Virus record (IMG/VR): IMGVR_UViG_2541047891_000004
Location: 1-40,492 of that record
Source of the DNA: a virus
Lineage: Duplodnaviria > Heunggongvirae > Uroviricota > Caudoviricetes
Strand: one strand, 5' to 3'
DNA: 40,492 nt
Below the pieces are notes generated by a model. It worked only from the letters and a program-made list of their open reading frames with translations, searched no databases and was not told the origin of the DNA. Position numbers and translations under genes: made by a program. The stretch's first letter is position 1. Each line of letters starts with the position of its first letter. This document shows, one piece after another, positions 10,029-19,485 of the stretch.

Positions 10029-10775
10029 ATGAAAAATATTGCGGCTGGAGGCATTCTTGAACGTATCCGCAGACTGGCCCCGCCACATGTAACCGCCCCA
10101 TTCAAAACGGTAGCGGAGTGGCGCGAGTGGCAACTTTCCGAAGGCCAGAAACGTTGTGAGGAGATCAACCGTCAGAATCGTCAGTTGCGGGTGGAAAAAA
10201 TTCTGAATCGCTCTGGCATCCAGCCATTGCACCGCAAATGCTCGTTTGCGAATTACCAGGTGCAGAACTACGGTCAGCGATACGCGTTGAACCAGGCGAA
10301 ATCTATCGCTGATGAACTGATGACCGGGTGTACAAATTTTGCGTTCAGCGGAAAACCTGGTACCGGAAAAAACCATCTGGCGGCGGCTATCGGGAATCGC
10401 CTGCTGAAAGATGGCCAGACAGTGATTGTGGTTACCGTGGCTGATGTCATGAGTGCTCTACACGCCAGCTATGACGACGGGCAATCAGGCGAAAAATTTT
10501 TGCGGGAACTGTGCCAAGTGGATCTGCTGGTTCTTGATGAAATTGGCATTCAGCGCGAGACAAAAAACGAGCAGGTGGTGCTGCACCAGATTGTTGATCG
10601 ACGGACAGCGTCGATGCGTAGCGTGGGAATGCTGACAAACCTGAACTATGAGGCCATGAAAACATTGCTCGGCGAGCGGATTATGGATCGCATGACCATG
10701 AACGGCGGGCGATGGGTGAATTTTAACTGGGAGAGCTGGCGTCCGAATGTCGTCCAGCCAGGAATTGCGAAGTGA
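10029..10775 (+). CDS. ydaV: DnaC-like helicase loader ATPase YdaV (248 aa)
   Basis: Walker [12 protein letters not shown] and Walker B LLVLDEIG. Confidence 0.85.
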   Translation: MKNIAAGGILERIRRLAPPHVTAPFKTVAEWREWQLSEGQKRCEEINRQNRQLRVEKILNRSGIQPLHRKCSFANYQVQNYGQRYALNQAKSIADELMTGCTNFAFSGKPGTGKNHLAAAIGNRLLKDGQTVIVVTVADVMSALHASYDDGQSGEKFLRELCQVDLLVLDEIGIQRETKNEQVVLHQIVDRRTASMRSVGMLTNLNYEAMKTLLGERIMDRMTMNGGRWVNFNWESWRPNVVQPGIAK

Positions 10776-10797
10776 TTTTTACCGGGAGGAAATTTTA

Positions 10798-11559
10798 ATG
10801 GAAACCGTTTTTGATGCACTGAAAGCAATGGGAAAAGCCACGTCGGTAGAACTGGCTGCGCGACTTGATATCAGTCGTGAAGAAGTGCTGAACGAGCTGT
10901 GGGAACTTAAAAAGGCTGGCTTCGTTGATAAAAGCGTATACACCTGGCGTGTGGCTGATAACAACGTTCAGCAGGAACAGCCAGAGCAGGCAGAACTGCC
11001 GGAAGAAACCACCACGGCAACAGTAGCGAAAATCTCAGAGTGCGATTTAACCGCGACGATTGAACAACGTGGCCCACAAACGGCGGATGAACTGGCTACG
11101 TTTTTCAGCACCACATCACGCAAAGTGGCTTCAACGCTGGCAATGGCAATCAGCAAAGGCCGTCTGATTCGCGTTAATCAGAACGGTAAATTTCGTTACT
11201 GCATGCCGGGCGATGATTTACCAGCAGAGCCGAAAGCTGCATCGGTAACGGAAACTGATGGTAAAGCCTTTCCTCAGCCTGCATGTGTTGTTTTACCAGT
11301 ACAGGAGGCTGCAATACAGGAAGAAATTAAAACAGAAACTGTGGCGGACATTGTGCAGCCGCTGCCATCGTTCACTGAAACGCGAGCAGATGACCTGGTT
11401 TTACCATCGCTGCATATGGCAAACCGCGAACTGCGTCGGGCGAAAAATCATGTCCAGAAGTGGGAGCGAGTCTGCGCCGCGCTGCGGGAGCTGAACAAGC
11501 ACCGGGATATTGTTCGACAGATTTTCGATTCCTCCAGTCGTATTGTGTCGGAAAAGTGA
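10798..11559 (+). CDS. YdaW-like phage protein, intact (253 aa)
   Basis: Start at ATG 10798 preceded by GGGAGGA; two winged-helix-like segments guessed from sequence. Confidence 0.55.
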   Translation: METVFDALKAMGKATSVELAARLDISREEVLNELWELKKAGFVDKSVYTWRVADNNVQQEQPEQAELPEETTTATVAKISECDLTATIEQRGPQTADELATFFSTTSRKVASTLAMAISKGRLIRVNQNGKFRYCMPGDDLPAEPKAASVTETDGKAFPQPACVVLPVQEAAIQEEIKTETVADIVQPLPSFTETRADDLVLPSLHMANRELRRAKNHVQKWERVCAALRELNKHRDIVRQIFDSSSRIVSEK

Positions 11560-11574
11560 TTGCCGGAGGCACCT

Positions 11575-11997
11575 ATGGCAAAAGTATTTACACCAGAAGA
11601 GCGGGAAAAAATTAAAGGGCAGGTTGTTGAACTTGTACGTCTGAGCGGTCGCGAGACGTTACGACAACTGGAAGCCAAGACAGGTGCGACAAGATATCTG
11701 ATGAGCATTCTCGCCAGGGAGCTGGTTGCCAGTGGTGATGTATACAACTCTGGCTACGGGTTATTCCCGTCTGAACAGGCCCGTAAGGACTGGCAAAACG
11801 CCCGCAAAAAACTCTCAAGGGCAAAGGTGAAAAAAACGGTTGTGGTTGATCCTGACCTTATCTGGTCATTACCTGACGGAGAAATACGTCGCTACGACAG
11901 GCGTCAGAACATAATCTGCCGTGAGTGCCGGAAGAGCGAAGTTATGCAGCGTGTACTGGCGTTTTATCAGGGGAATTTTGAGGAGGTGATGTTGTGA
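11575..11997 (+). CDS. Hypothetical phage protein (141 aa)
   Basis: ATG 11575 preceded by GGAGG; stop overlaps the next gene's GTG start. Confidence 0.5.
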   Translation: MAKVFTPEEREKIKGQVVELVRLSGRETLRQLEAKTGATRYLMSILARELVASGDVYNSGYGLFPSEQARKDWQNARKKLSRAKVKKTVVVDPDLIWSLPDGEIRRYDRRQNIICRECRKSEVMQRVLAFYQGNFEEVML

Positions 11998-12482
11998 GTG
12001 CGTCGGCTACCATTCTCGACATGTGCTGTGGCAGTCGCATGTTCTGGTTTGATAAGAATGACGAACGGGCGATATTTAGCGATATCAGAAAAGAAGAGCA
12101 CACATTGTGTGATGGACGACGCCTGATTATCTGTCCTGACCTGATAGCAGATTTTCGAGCATTACCATTTGCAGACGCATCGTTTCCGGTTGTTGTATTC
12201 GACCCTCCGCATCTTGAGCGTATTGGTGATAATGCCTGGATGGGAAAGAAATATGGACGGCTGAATAAAGATACCTGGCGTGATGATTTGCGGCAGGGAT
12301 TTAAAGAAGCCTTTCGTGTGTTGTGGCCACATGGCGTTCTGATTTTTAAATGGAATGAAACGCAAATACCTGTTCGCCAGATATTGGCACTGACCGACAG
12401 AAAGCCTGTTATCGGTCAACGAACAGGAAAGGGTGACAAGACCCACTGGATTCTTTTTATGAAGGAGGCATCCAGTGAGTAG
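11994..12482 (+). CDS. Putative small orphan DNA methyltransferase (N6-adenine type, 162 aa)
   Basis: GTG start with AGGAGG 7 nt upstream; motif I-like LDMCCGS and motif IV-like VVFDPPH. Confidence 0.5.
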   Translation: MSASATILDMCCGSRMFWFDKNDERAIFSDIRKEEHTLCDGRRLIICPDLIADFRALPFADASFPVVVFDPPHLERIGDNAWMGKKYGRLNKDTWRDDLRQGFKEAFRVLWPHGVLIFKWNETQIPVRQILALTDRKPVIGQRTGKGDKTHWILFMKEASSE

Positions 12483-12566
12483 GTTCGTAAGGTTACAGAT
12501 ACGTATATCTGAATAATTAAATTTAGCACTGTAAATAAAATAGAATCCTTAACCGGAGGAATATCT

Positions 12567-12779
12567 ATGTCAAATATTCAGAAAACCATTAACACTGAAA
12601 AATATAACGAGTGGGTGAAAAAATTCTCTGAGCAGATTCTTAAAATAACTGGTGACGAGAATGTGGCAAAAAATGAATTAGAACCGTGGACACCTGAAGG
12701 AACCGACCCAAATTATTGCTGGTGGGAGGTTGATCCTGTTGATGCTGCAAATGAAGCCATGAGTTACCACAACGATTAA
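12567..12779 (+). CDS. Hypothetical protein (70 aa)
   Basis: ORF with GGAGG RBS in an AT-rich stretch. Confidence 0.45.
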   Translation: MSNIQKTINTEKYNEWVKKFSEQILKITGDENVAKNELEPWTPEGTDPNYCWWEVDPVDAANEAMSYHND

Positions 12780-12841
12780 TGTCGGGATGCCGCCCGAAAG
12801 GGCGGTAATAAAAATGGCTGAACTAATCGGAGAACAAAACG

Positions 12842-13030
12842 ATGAAAAACCGTAAAGCAAAAATTCTTTTGACCTGTAGAAACATTCGCGGCGTCCAGCA
12901 ATGGTTAAAACTCAGTAACCGCAGAATGGGGCTGTTCACAAACACGGCTGATATCGTGATGTGTTCTCTTAACAAGCCCAGCGCGGCGCAAAACCGCTGG
13001 AAAAACCACTTGCGTACTAAAGGAGAGTGA
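12842..13030 (+). CDS. Hypothetical small basic protein (62 aa)
   Basis: ORF ending in the KGE-stop junction repeat; weak evidence. Confidence 0.3.
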   Translation: MKNRKAKILLTCRNIRGVQQWLKLSNRRMGLFTNTADIVMCSLNKPSAAQNRWKNHLRTKGE

Positions 13031-13031
13031 T

Positions 13032-13241
13032 ATGGCTATTGCCGCAAGTTACACCATGCATCTCTATTGTGACTGCCGCCAGTGTACGGAAGGTGTATAT
13101 CCAGTGCCAGACTTCGGTGAGTATATCGGTACGTCATGGTCTGGTTGTGCAAAAGAGGCCCGTAAAGACGGGTGGCGAATAAGTAAAGACAAAACGCGTG
13201 CTTTTGCGCCCGGGCATAAAGTTTTGAGGGTTAACAAATGA
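13032..13241 (+). CDS. Hypothetical Cys-rich small protein (69 aa)
   Basis: AAAGGAGAGTGAT-ATG RBS/start; CDCRQC...C motif. Confidence 0.5.
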   Translation: MAIAASYTMHLYCDCRQCTEGVYPVPDFGEYIGTSWSGCAKEARKDGWRISKDKTRAFAPGHKVLRVNK

Positions 13242-13750
13242 CCACTATTACCAGAGAACAAGCTCTGAAAATTATTGAGGCAGCCGATGAGGTTATTAGT
13301 GCGCTTGCCGGAACTAACGAGGATGTTCACCCTGGTAGCGATAACATGCTACGCCTGTGGGATGACCTGAATGACCGTTACGCTCCCCCGGAAGTAGTGC
13401 GTGAGCTGGCACGAATTGTGCTGGCATTGCTGGAAGCAGAGCCGACAGCGTGGCGATATCGCTACGTGAAAAAAGGCATTACGGACTCACAGGGGGAGCC
13501 GTGGGTTGGTGACTGGAAATATGTACCGACAAAAGAGGATTGCAACGACAGACCGAACTATGAAATTCAGGCGTTATTCACCGCTCCACCTGTGCCACTG
13601 ACACCAGAAGGATTGATTAAAGCAGTGCGCTTCTATGAACTGGTAAAGCGTGAGAATCCGCCAGCCGAAACCGGAGCATGGAAAGACGCTATTGACTGGG
13701 TGCTCAAAGAGGCTTGCCAAGCTGTAAACATTGGCATCAAAGGAGAGTGA
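13238..13750 (+). CDS. Hypothetical phage protein (170 aa)
   Basis: ATGA overlap with upstream gene; shares MTT(I/F)T start and (F/Y)TAPP motif with 14043..14534. Confidence 0.55.
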   Translation: MTTITREQALKIIEAADEVISALAGTNEDVHPGSDNMLRLWDDLNDRYAPPEVVRELARIVLALLEAEPTAWRYRYVKKGITDSQGEPWVGDWKYVPTKEDCNDRPNYEIQALFTAPPVPLTPEGLIKAVRFYELVKRENPPAETGAWKDAIDWVLKEACQAVNIGIKGE

Positions 13751-13751
13751 T

Positions 13752-14039
13752 ATGGCAACTTTGCAGGAATTAATCGACCTGACGCCAGAACAGGAAAAAG
13801 CGTGGAATCGCCTTGTGAAGGCTGTAAAGGATTTCAGGGCAGCCGGAGGAAAGTTTTATAGCGTCCTGGACACGCTGAGCGCATACAACGGCGAGCACGT
13901 TGCCAGCATTGATAACGATAAGGGCTACCACACTGCAAGCGTCTATATGCCTAGCATTGATGCGCCAGGGCTAACCAGTTGGGCTGATGATTGGCACGGC
14001 ATCACGCTGAAAGATGGCGTTGAAGTGGATGAGGACTAA
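13752..14039 (+). CDS. Hypothetical phage protein (95 aa)
   Basis: Start at ATG 13752 behind the repeated AAAGGAGAGTGAT RBS element. Confidence 0.5.
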   Translation: MATLQELIDLTPEQEKAWNRLVKAVKDFRAAGGKFYSVLDTLSAYNGEHVASIDNDKGYHTASVYMPSIDAPGLTSWADDWHGITLKDGVEVDED

Positions 14040-14042
14040 CAC

Positions 14043-14534
14043 ATGACAACTTTCACCGACAAAGAACTGATTAAAGAAATCAAAGAGCGCATAGGCAGCC
14101 TAGACGTGCGAGACAATATTGAGCGCCGGGCTTATGAAATAGCGTTAGCCTCGCTGGAAGCTGAACCGGTGGTTTACATGTGGGATAGTGAAAGAAAAGA
14201 TATTGATGCCCCTGGGTATTATCGGACTGAGCATTTAGTGTTCGCTGAGAGTAGTGTTAAGCAATGGGGAGGGCGAGTTGTTCCACTTTACACCGCCCCG
14301 CCAGCGACGGTAGCTCCAGATGGTTGGATAAGCTGTAGTGAGCGAATGCCAGATAGCAAAACAGCCGTTCTTGTTGCCAGGGAGTTTGACAGGAAAGGTG
14401 ACTGGAGAATGAAATGGGCGACTTACATCCCGGGGCATCCTGACGCTAATGATGGGTGGGTAATACCTAGTGCGTCGTGGATACCATCACACTGGATGCC
14501 GCTACCGGAACCACCGCAGGAGGTGAATCAATGA
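14043..14534 (+). CDS. DUF551-like phage protein (163 aa)
   Basis: C-terminal Trp-rich region WISCSERMP...WIPSHWMPLPEPP resembles DUF551; paralog of 13238..13750. Confidence 0.55.
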   Translation: MTTFTDKELIKEIKERIGSLDVRDNIERRAYEIALASLEAEPVVYMWDSERKDIDAPGYYRTEHLVFAESSVKQWGGRVVPLYTAPPATVAPDGWISCSERMPDSKTAVLVAREFDRKGDWRMKWATYIPGHPDANDGWVIPSASWIPSHWMPLPEPPQEVNQ

Positions 14535-14614
14535 CTTGGCCTGAGGCATTCACCACGGTAGGAATTGCGATGGCGGTGGCGCTGGTGGTGTATTCGATTT
14601 GCCGCTGGGGTTGA
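14531..14614 (+). CDS. Possible small hydrophobic peptide (27 aa)
   Basis: ATGA-coupled to upstream stop; MTWPEAFTTVGIAMAVALVVYSICRWG has one predicted TM helix. Confidence 0.25.
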   Translation: MTWPEAFTTVGIAMAVALVVYSICRWG

Positions 14615-14742
14615 CGATAATGAATATGTAAAGTTATATTTTCAGTGTGGTCGTGGTAGCGATCACACGGTTGTTGTTCGTCGCAATGGTATTAAAGGTT
14701 GCTTAGTGCAATTCAGTACATAAGCAGCTATAAGGACTGAAA

Positions 14743-15039
14743 ATGAAATTCACGGGGTTACAATCTTCTGAGTTGCCTGATACCTCTGATGCAGTAAAAG
14801 AGTGTGTGAATCTTGGGCAATGGATGCTTTTCAAATCCAATAGTTACAGGATTACCGTGGAAATGACATTTTTTCTAAAAACCGGTAATGATATCTTTGG
14901 CATGAATGAGCGAGGGCAGATTATGCCCACAAGAATTACCGAACACTTGAGTATTGATGAAGTGTTTTATTTTAGTGATTTACCAAGACCATCATCACTC
15001 AGTAATACAGTGTTCTCTGGATATAATTTTAATCTTTAA
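14743..15039 (+). CDS. Hypothetical protein (98 aa), upstream partner of the caspase-like peptidase
   Basis: AAGGA RBS 6 nt before ATG; AT-rich; 25-nt gap to the next gene. Confidence 0.5.
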   Translation: MKFTGLQSSELPDTSDAVKECVNLGQWMLFKSNSYRITVEMTFFLKTGNDIFGMNERGQIMPTRITEHLSIDEVFYFSDLPRPSSLSNTVFSGYNFNL

Positions 15040-15064
15040 TTAAGTACATTTCGAACCACCAAGG

Positions 15065-15967
15065 ATGTATATGAGTCTTAGGTCTGAACGCACAAGGTGG
15101 GTGATGTTTTTGCCTTGTTCGGAAGCTGCCGTGGAATTTCGTCATGTTGTCGATTTAGTCTTTGGTGTGATGTGCCTCGAAAAGGCAGGCATCAATCCAG
15201 ATGATATTTCGATATATATAGATAGCCCTTCAATGAATTACGATGGTGCTTTTGCACTCGCTTCTAAATATCCTTTTAAGTCAAAACCATCAGCAGTTTT
15301 TTTTAATGACTTAAATGATAATACATATGATAACATAGTTATGTTTGTAACTGGTCATGGTGGCCCTCATGGACTTGATGCAAAGAAACCTATCCCACCA
15401 AGCCAATTACTGAAGGCTTTGAAGGAAGCCCCAAATCTTAAAAATGCTGTTGTTTATCTTGGGCAATGCTATGCCGGGACCTTTAATTTTGTAGGTGCTG
15501 GTAAACGGAACGAGTTTGAAGCCGATGTGATCTTAATCGGCGCGACTAATCTTAATGAAAGTCTTAGTTCTGGTACTTCAGAAACATTTGCTAATGGGGT
15601 GGTGTTTCCTTGGTCAGCAAATATTTTTCTTCTACATGTTTTTAAATGGATGTCATCTCCTACAGATATTGATGGTGATGGATTATACACTGTGATGGAT
15701 TCTTATAAACATGCAGGAATTTATACGAACTATGTTAATAAAAGAATTAAAAGCGAAGGTTTTAGCGATATAATTGATATGCATGCTGAATGCAATAGAC
15801 TCAAAGCTCTTGCCTCTATTGAAACAGGAGATTTTAATGTTGACTTTAAAAATAAAATGGAATTTGACGCTAAGAAATCTCAGTTTGACAATCTACTAAC
15901 TATACATCATACACATCAGGAGTGCTGGATTTTAAACTCACGCCCGGCACAAAAAATAGAGTTTTAG
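15065..15967 (+). CDS. Caspase-like (clan CD) cysteine peptidase domain protein (300 aa)
   Basis: Strand plus His-Gly (NIVMFVTGHGGPHG, His98) then strand plus Cys 37 residues later (AVVYLGQCYAG, Cys135); alternative start ATG 15071. Confidence 0.6.
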   Translation: MYMSLRSERTRWVMFLPCSEAAVEFRHVVDLVFGVMCLEKAGINPDDISIYIDSPSMNYDGAFALASKYPFKSKPSAVFFNDLNDNTYDNIVMFVTGHGGPHGLDAKKPIPPSQLLKALKEAPNLKNAVVYLGQCYAGTFNFVGAGKRNEFEADVILIGATNLNESLSSGTSETFANGVVFPWSANIFLLHVFKWMSSPTDIDGDGLYTVMDSYKHAGIYTNYVNKRIKSEGFSDIIDMHAECNRLKALASIETGDFNVDFKNKMEFDAKKSQFDNLLTIHHTHQECWILNSRPAQKIEF

Positions 15968-16072
15968 TTTTATATTTAATTTATTTGTGAATTTGAGTCT
16001 TGTTTCAAGATAGATTAAAAAATGATTTCTGGCTAAAGGGAAATTAAGTAAAATTGCTGCGGGTGCTTGAGG

Positions 16073-16108
16073 CTATCTGCCTCGGGCATGAACACCAACG
16101 GCAGATAG
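16073..16108 (+). repeat. Perfect 9-bp inverted repeat (CTATCTGCC/GGCAGATAG) with 18-nt loop upstream of hok
   Basis: Read directly from sequence; lies in the predicted hok mRNA leader. Confidence 0.6.
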
Positions 16109-16207
16109 ATAAAAGCCCCACCCGACTATAAATCGAAGTGAGGCCCCTATATGCTCGTCACATATAGATTGCCTCTTACGGACCGAAAGGTCAAGGAGAA
16201 GCAGGCT

Positions 16208-16363
16208 ATGAAGCAGCAAAAGGCGATGTTAATCGCCCTGATCGTCATCTGTTTAACCGTCATAGTGACGGCACTGGTAACGAGGAAAGACCTCTGCGAG
16301 GTGCGAATCCGAACCGGCCAGACGGAGGTCGCTGTCTTCACAGCTTACGAACCTGAGGAGTAA
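16208..16363 (+). CDS. hok: Hok/Gef-family type I toxin (51 aa)
   Basis: MKQQKAMLIALIVICLTVIVTALVTRKDLCEVRIRTGQTEVAVFTAYEPEE recognised as Hok family; in-frame upstream extension from 16151 occupies the mok-like leader. Confidence 0.85.
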   Translation: MKQQKAMLIALIVICLTVIVTALVTRKDLCEVRIRTGQTEVAVFTAYEPEE

Positions 16364-16434
16364 GAGTGACCAGGCGGGAGAGTAATCTCCCGCCACCTCT
16401 GATGTGTCAGGCATCCTCAACGCACCCGCACTTA

Positions 16435-16458
16435 ACCCGCTTCGGCGGGTATATTTTA
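16435..16458 (+). terminator. Intrinsic terminator after hok
   Basis: ACCCGC-TTCG-GCGGGT hairpin followed by ATATTTTA. Confidence 0.55.
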
Positions 16459-16831
16459 TCTGTGAATATTTTTATAAAAATAATGCCCACGCACAGCATA
16501 AAACAAAAAGTATTACAGATAAAAAAGGAACGTAATGTGCAGATTTGTTGTTTTCCATATTTACTTACCTTAATATGATTAATCCTGATAGGGTTGTTAT
16601 TTCAACGGTTTTCAAATGAGATATTATGGTGATCTGGCAGATTTGCATAACATTAAAATTTAATTTGTTTAACCGCTTTTAATAATAAGCGTTGTTTTTA
16701 TCCCAGCAATCTGTTGTTTGGTTTTTATTCCATCAATGTGGGGGCTTTACACTGGAATCAGTTTATTTATACTTTATACGTCAGCCTGAACAACTGGCAT
16801 CTGCTGCACTGCGCCATCGAGAGATTGAGAA

Positions 16832-17431
16832 ATGGCGCATATACAACTGGTCAAACAAACCTCTTCTGGTTTACTTCTCCCGGCGACGCCGGAGAGTTGC
16901 GATTTTCTGCATCAAATCAAAATAGGTGAGTGGATACACGCAGACTTTAAGCGTGTGCGTAACTACGCATTCCACAAGCGTTTTTTCAAACTCCTGCAAC
17001 TGGGATTCGATTACTGGACTCCGGTCGGTGGGGCGATCACGCCTCGCGAACGAGAACTGCTGTCTGGTTTCGTGGATTACCTGTGCGAATCAGTTGGTCG
17101 GGAACACACACCAGCCCTGAGTGATGCCGCAGAGCAATATCTAAATACAGTTGCGACACGCAGAACCCGGGATACGGCATTGCTAAAATCGTTTGAGGCT
17201 TTCCGCGAGTGGGTAACCATTCAGGCCGGATTTTACACCGAGCATCTTTATCCTGATGGTAGCCGTGGGCGTCGGGCGAAATCTATCGCGTTTGCGAATA
17301 TGGACGAAACCGTGTTTCAGCAGGTTTATAAATCTGTACTGAATGTGCTGTGGAACTGGATTCTGTTCCGTAAATTTTCCTCTCCGGAACAAGTCGAAAA
17401 TGTGGCCGCGCAGCTGCTGGAGTTTGCGTAA
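16832..17431 (+). CDS. Conserved phage nin-region protein of unknown function (199 aa)
   Basis: Long ORF upstream of and translationally coupled to the ybcO-like gene (TAATGG overlap). Confidence 0.6.
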   Translation: MAHIQLVKQTSSGLLLPATPESCDFLHQIKIGEWIHADFKRVRNYAFHKRFFKLLQLGFDYWTPVGGAITPRERELLSGFVDYLCESVGREHTPALSDAAEQYLNTVATRRTRDTALLKSFEAFREWVTIQAGFYTEHLYPDGSRGRRAKSIAFANMDETVFQQVYKSVLNVLWNWILFRKFSSPEQVENVAAQLLEFA

Positions 17432-17721
17432 TGGTGGACTTACGTAAAGCGGCGCGGGGGCAGATGTGCACCGTCAGAATTCCTGGCTACTGCAATCACG
17501 ATCCGGAAACGTCTGTGCTGGCGCATTACCGACTGGCGGGAACGTGCGGAACAGCGATAAAGCCACACGATATGCAGGCAGCGATTGCCTGTAGCTCGTG
17601 CCACGATTTAATCGACGGGCGGGTAAAAACCAGCGATTACACCAAAGAAGAATTACGCCTGATGCATGCAGAAGGTGTTTTTCGCACACAAGAAATCTGG
17701 AGAAAGGAGGGATATTTATGA
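17431..17721 (+). CDS. ybcO: YbcO-like putative zinc-binding nuclease (DUF1364-like, 96 aa)
   Basis: Cys/His-rich CTVRIPGYCNH...CSSCHD; same size and position as lambdoid YbcO. Confidence 0.7.
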   Translation: MVDLRKAARGQMCTVRIPGYCNHDPETSVLAHYRLAGTCGTAIKPHDMQAAIACSSCHDLIDGRVKTSDYTKEELRLMHAEGVFRTQEIWRKEGYL

Positions 17722-18254
17722 TTTACCCAACGAATACAGGAAAAAGCGGAGAACACCTTCGTCTCACCACGCTGGAAAGTGTCTGGATTCAGGGAAAACT
17801 ACGTATGTGGGGGCGCTGGTCGTATATTGGCGGCGGCAGGTCAGGGAATATGTTTAACCAGTTGCTGGCATCCCAAAAAATGACAAAAACAGCCATCAAT
17901 GAAGCCCTGCGCAGATTGAAAAAAGCGGGAATTGATAAACCAGAGTTGGAAGCATTTTTGCGTGAGATGATCGAAGGAAAGCAAAAAAGCTGGTTAACTC
18001 ACTGCACTGATGCAGAGGCACTAAAAATTGATAGTGTTATAGGTGAAGTTCTGGCGGATCATCCAGGACTACTAAATGTCCTGAGTCAGCGTTATGTGGG
18101 GCGAGGGATGAGTAAGAGAAGGATGGCAGAGTTATTAAACGAACAGTACCCAGAGTGGGCGTTGATTACATGCCGACGTCGTGTTGATCAGTGGTTGCGT
18201 GTTGCTGAGTTCATTTTGTATTCACCTATGAGAGAAGCGTTCGATTATGCTTAA
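17718..18254 (+). CDS. Putative late-gene antiterminator Q-like protein (178 aa)
   Basis: Start at ATG 17718 with GGAGG RBS; RMWGRW segment resembles Q-family proteins; last gene before terminator, tRNAs and lysis genes. Confidence 0.55.
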   Translation: MIYPTNTGKSGEHLRLTTLESVWIQGKLRMWGRWSYIGGGRSGNMFNQLLASQKMTKTAINEALRRLKKAGIDKPELEAFLREMIEGKQKSWLTHCTDAEALKIDSVIGEVLADHPGLLNVLSQRYVGRGMSKRRMAELLNEQYPEWALITCRRRVDQWLRVAEFILYSPMREAFDYA

Positions 18255-18349
18255 AAAATCATTGCAAAATGAGCCACAAACTGCTTCAATTTCGGTAAGC
18301 TTCGCATAGCTGTATCGCGAGGCAAATTAAGCGCATGAACTTTAATACA

Positions 18350-18378
18350 ACCCGCCATTGAGCGGGTTTTGTTGTTTC
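18350..18378 (+). terminator. Intrinsic terminator downstream of Q (tR'-like candidate)
   Basis: CCCGC-CATTGA-GCGGG hairpin followed by TTTTGTTGTTT. Confidence 0.6.
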
Positions 18379-18616
18379 TGTGGCGTGATATCAGAAACGA
18401 CATTTAATAATCGCCTTCAAAATAAATTTGTTTATACATTGTCATGTATATTTTAAGTGAAAGTGAATTATTCACATAAAATAAAAACATATAAATAAAT
18501 TTACACAACTTGACACAAAGTGTTGTTGCGATTGGAATATTAAATCGTATCATCGAAAACGGTTCTGAGGGGGAACTCTTCTTTGCTCGGTGATATCGCT
18601 CCCCTGAAGAACCAAT

Positions 18617-18692
<76 letters not shown>

Positions 18693-18695
18693 TAT

Positions 18696-18770
<75 letters not shown>

Positions 18771-19132
18771 GCATTTGAAACAAGCCTTATTGTATTGCGG
18801 CACTGGCGTATTTTTTTATTACGTGGGAGCAGGTTGTTTTGAAAAAGCATTCTGTTCTCTGGCTATGATTTGAGGCCGGGTGTAGCCTCAGTGCTGATTT
18901 TTTACGGCAGCAGAATGGTGCATTATCGGTGGAGATTTTGTATTTCCTGGCAGGGTCGGTGATGCATCATTCTGGTGTTGTAAAAGCACCGCAGAGGCGT
19001 TCCTCAGGGCGAGGGTGGTTTAAAGAGTCGGTTTAGCGGGAAACCACAGTATCCATACAGCACGGAATACTTCGGGAGGCACCCGACGCCTCGGTTTAAT
19101 AACAATTAAAAAATTCATCCCTTGCATTGACC

Positions 19133-19158
19133 AACCGCCATATCTGGCGGTTTTTTTT
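19133..19158 (+). terminator. Intrinsic terminator in the Q-to-lysis noncoding interval
   Basis: CCGCCA-TATC-TGGCGG hairpin followed by T8. Confidence 0.65.
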
Positions 19159-19485
19159 ATTCCTTTCTCAGGACAAAAAAAGACACGAGCATCCAGGAAT
19201 ACTCGTGGGACAACGTCCTTTGGATAGCAATTTGCGAGAGGGTGAAAAGTAGCGCGGTCGTCGGATTAAGACCGCGGGACAAAGTCCATGAAGAATAATA
19301 AGTATTGGCCCCCTTCCGGGGACATGTTCATACTACTAAGCTTCAGAAGTGGTTTAAATCCTCAAATTAACCTTAATTTCCGATAAGTCTTATTTCATTT
19401 CTTTGCGCCACATCTGGTGCGCATCAAATAACGCCACGCAAAGGGCATCTGCGGATGCCGGTGCTTTTGACGGGGTGTTTTTTAC

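Noticed and set aside
9593-10376. Minus-strand ORFs of 191 and 130 aa
   Set aside because: Antisense to the ydaU and ydaV replication genes, which have strong motif support
12787-12812. GCCGCCC-GAAA-GGGCGG hairpin after the 70-aa gene
   Set aside because: Stable hairpin but followed by an A-rich rather than T-rich tract on the plus strand, so not called a terminator
16366-16929. ORFs of 70-77 aa in the AT-rich region downstream of hok
   Set aside because: No RBS, overlapping one another, odd composition; the region more likely holds the hok 3' structure, terminator and promoters for the downstream genes
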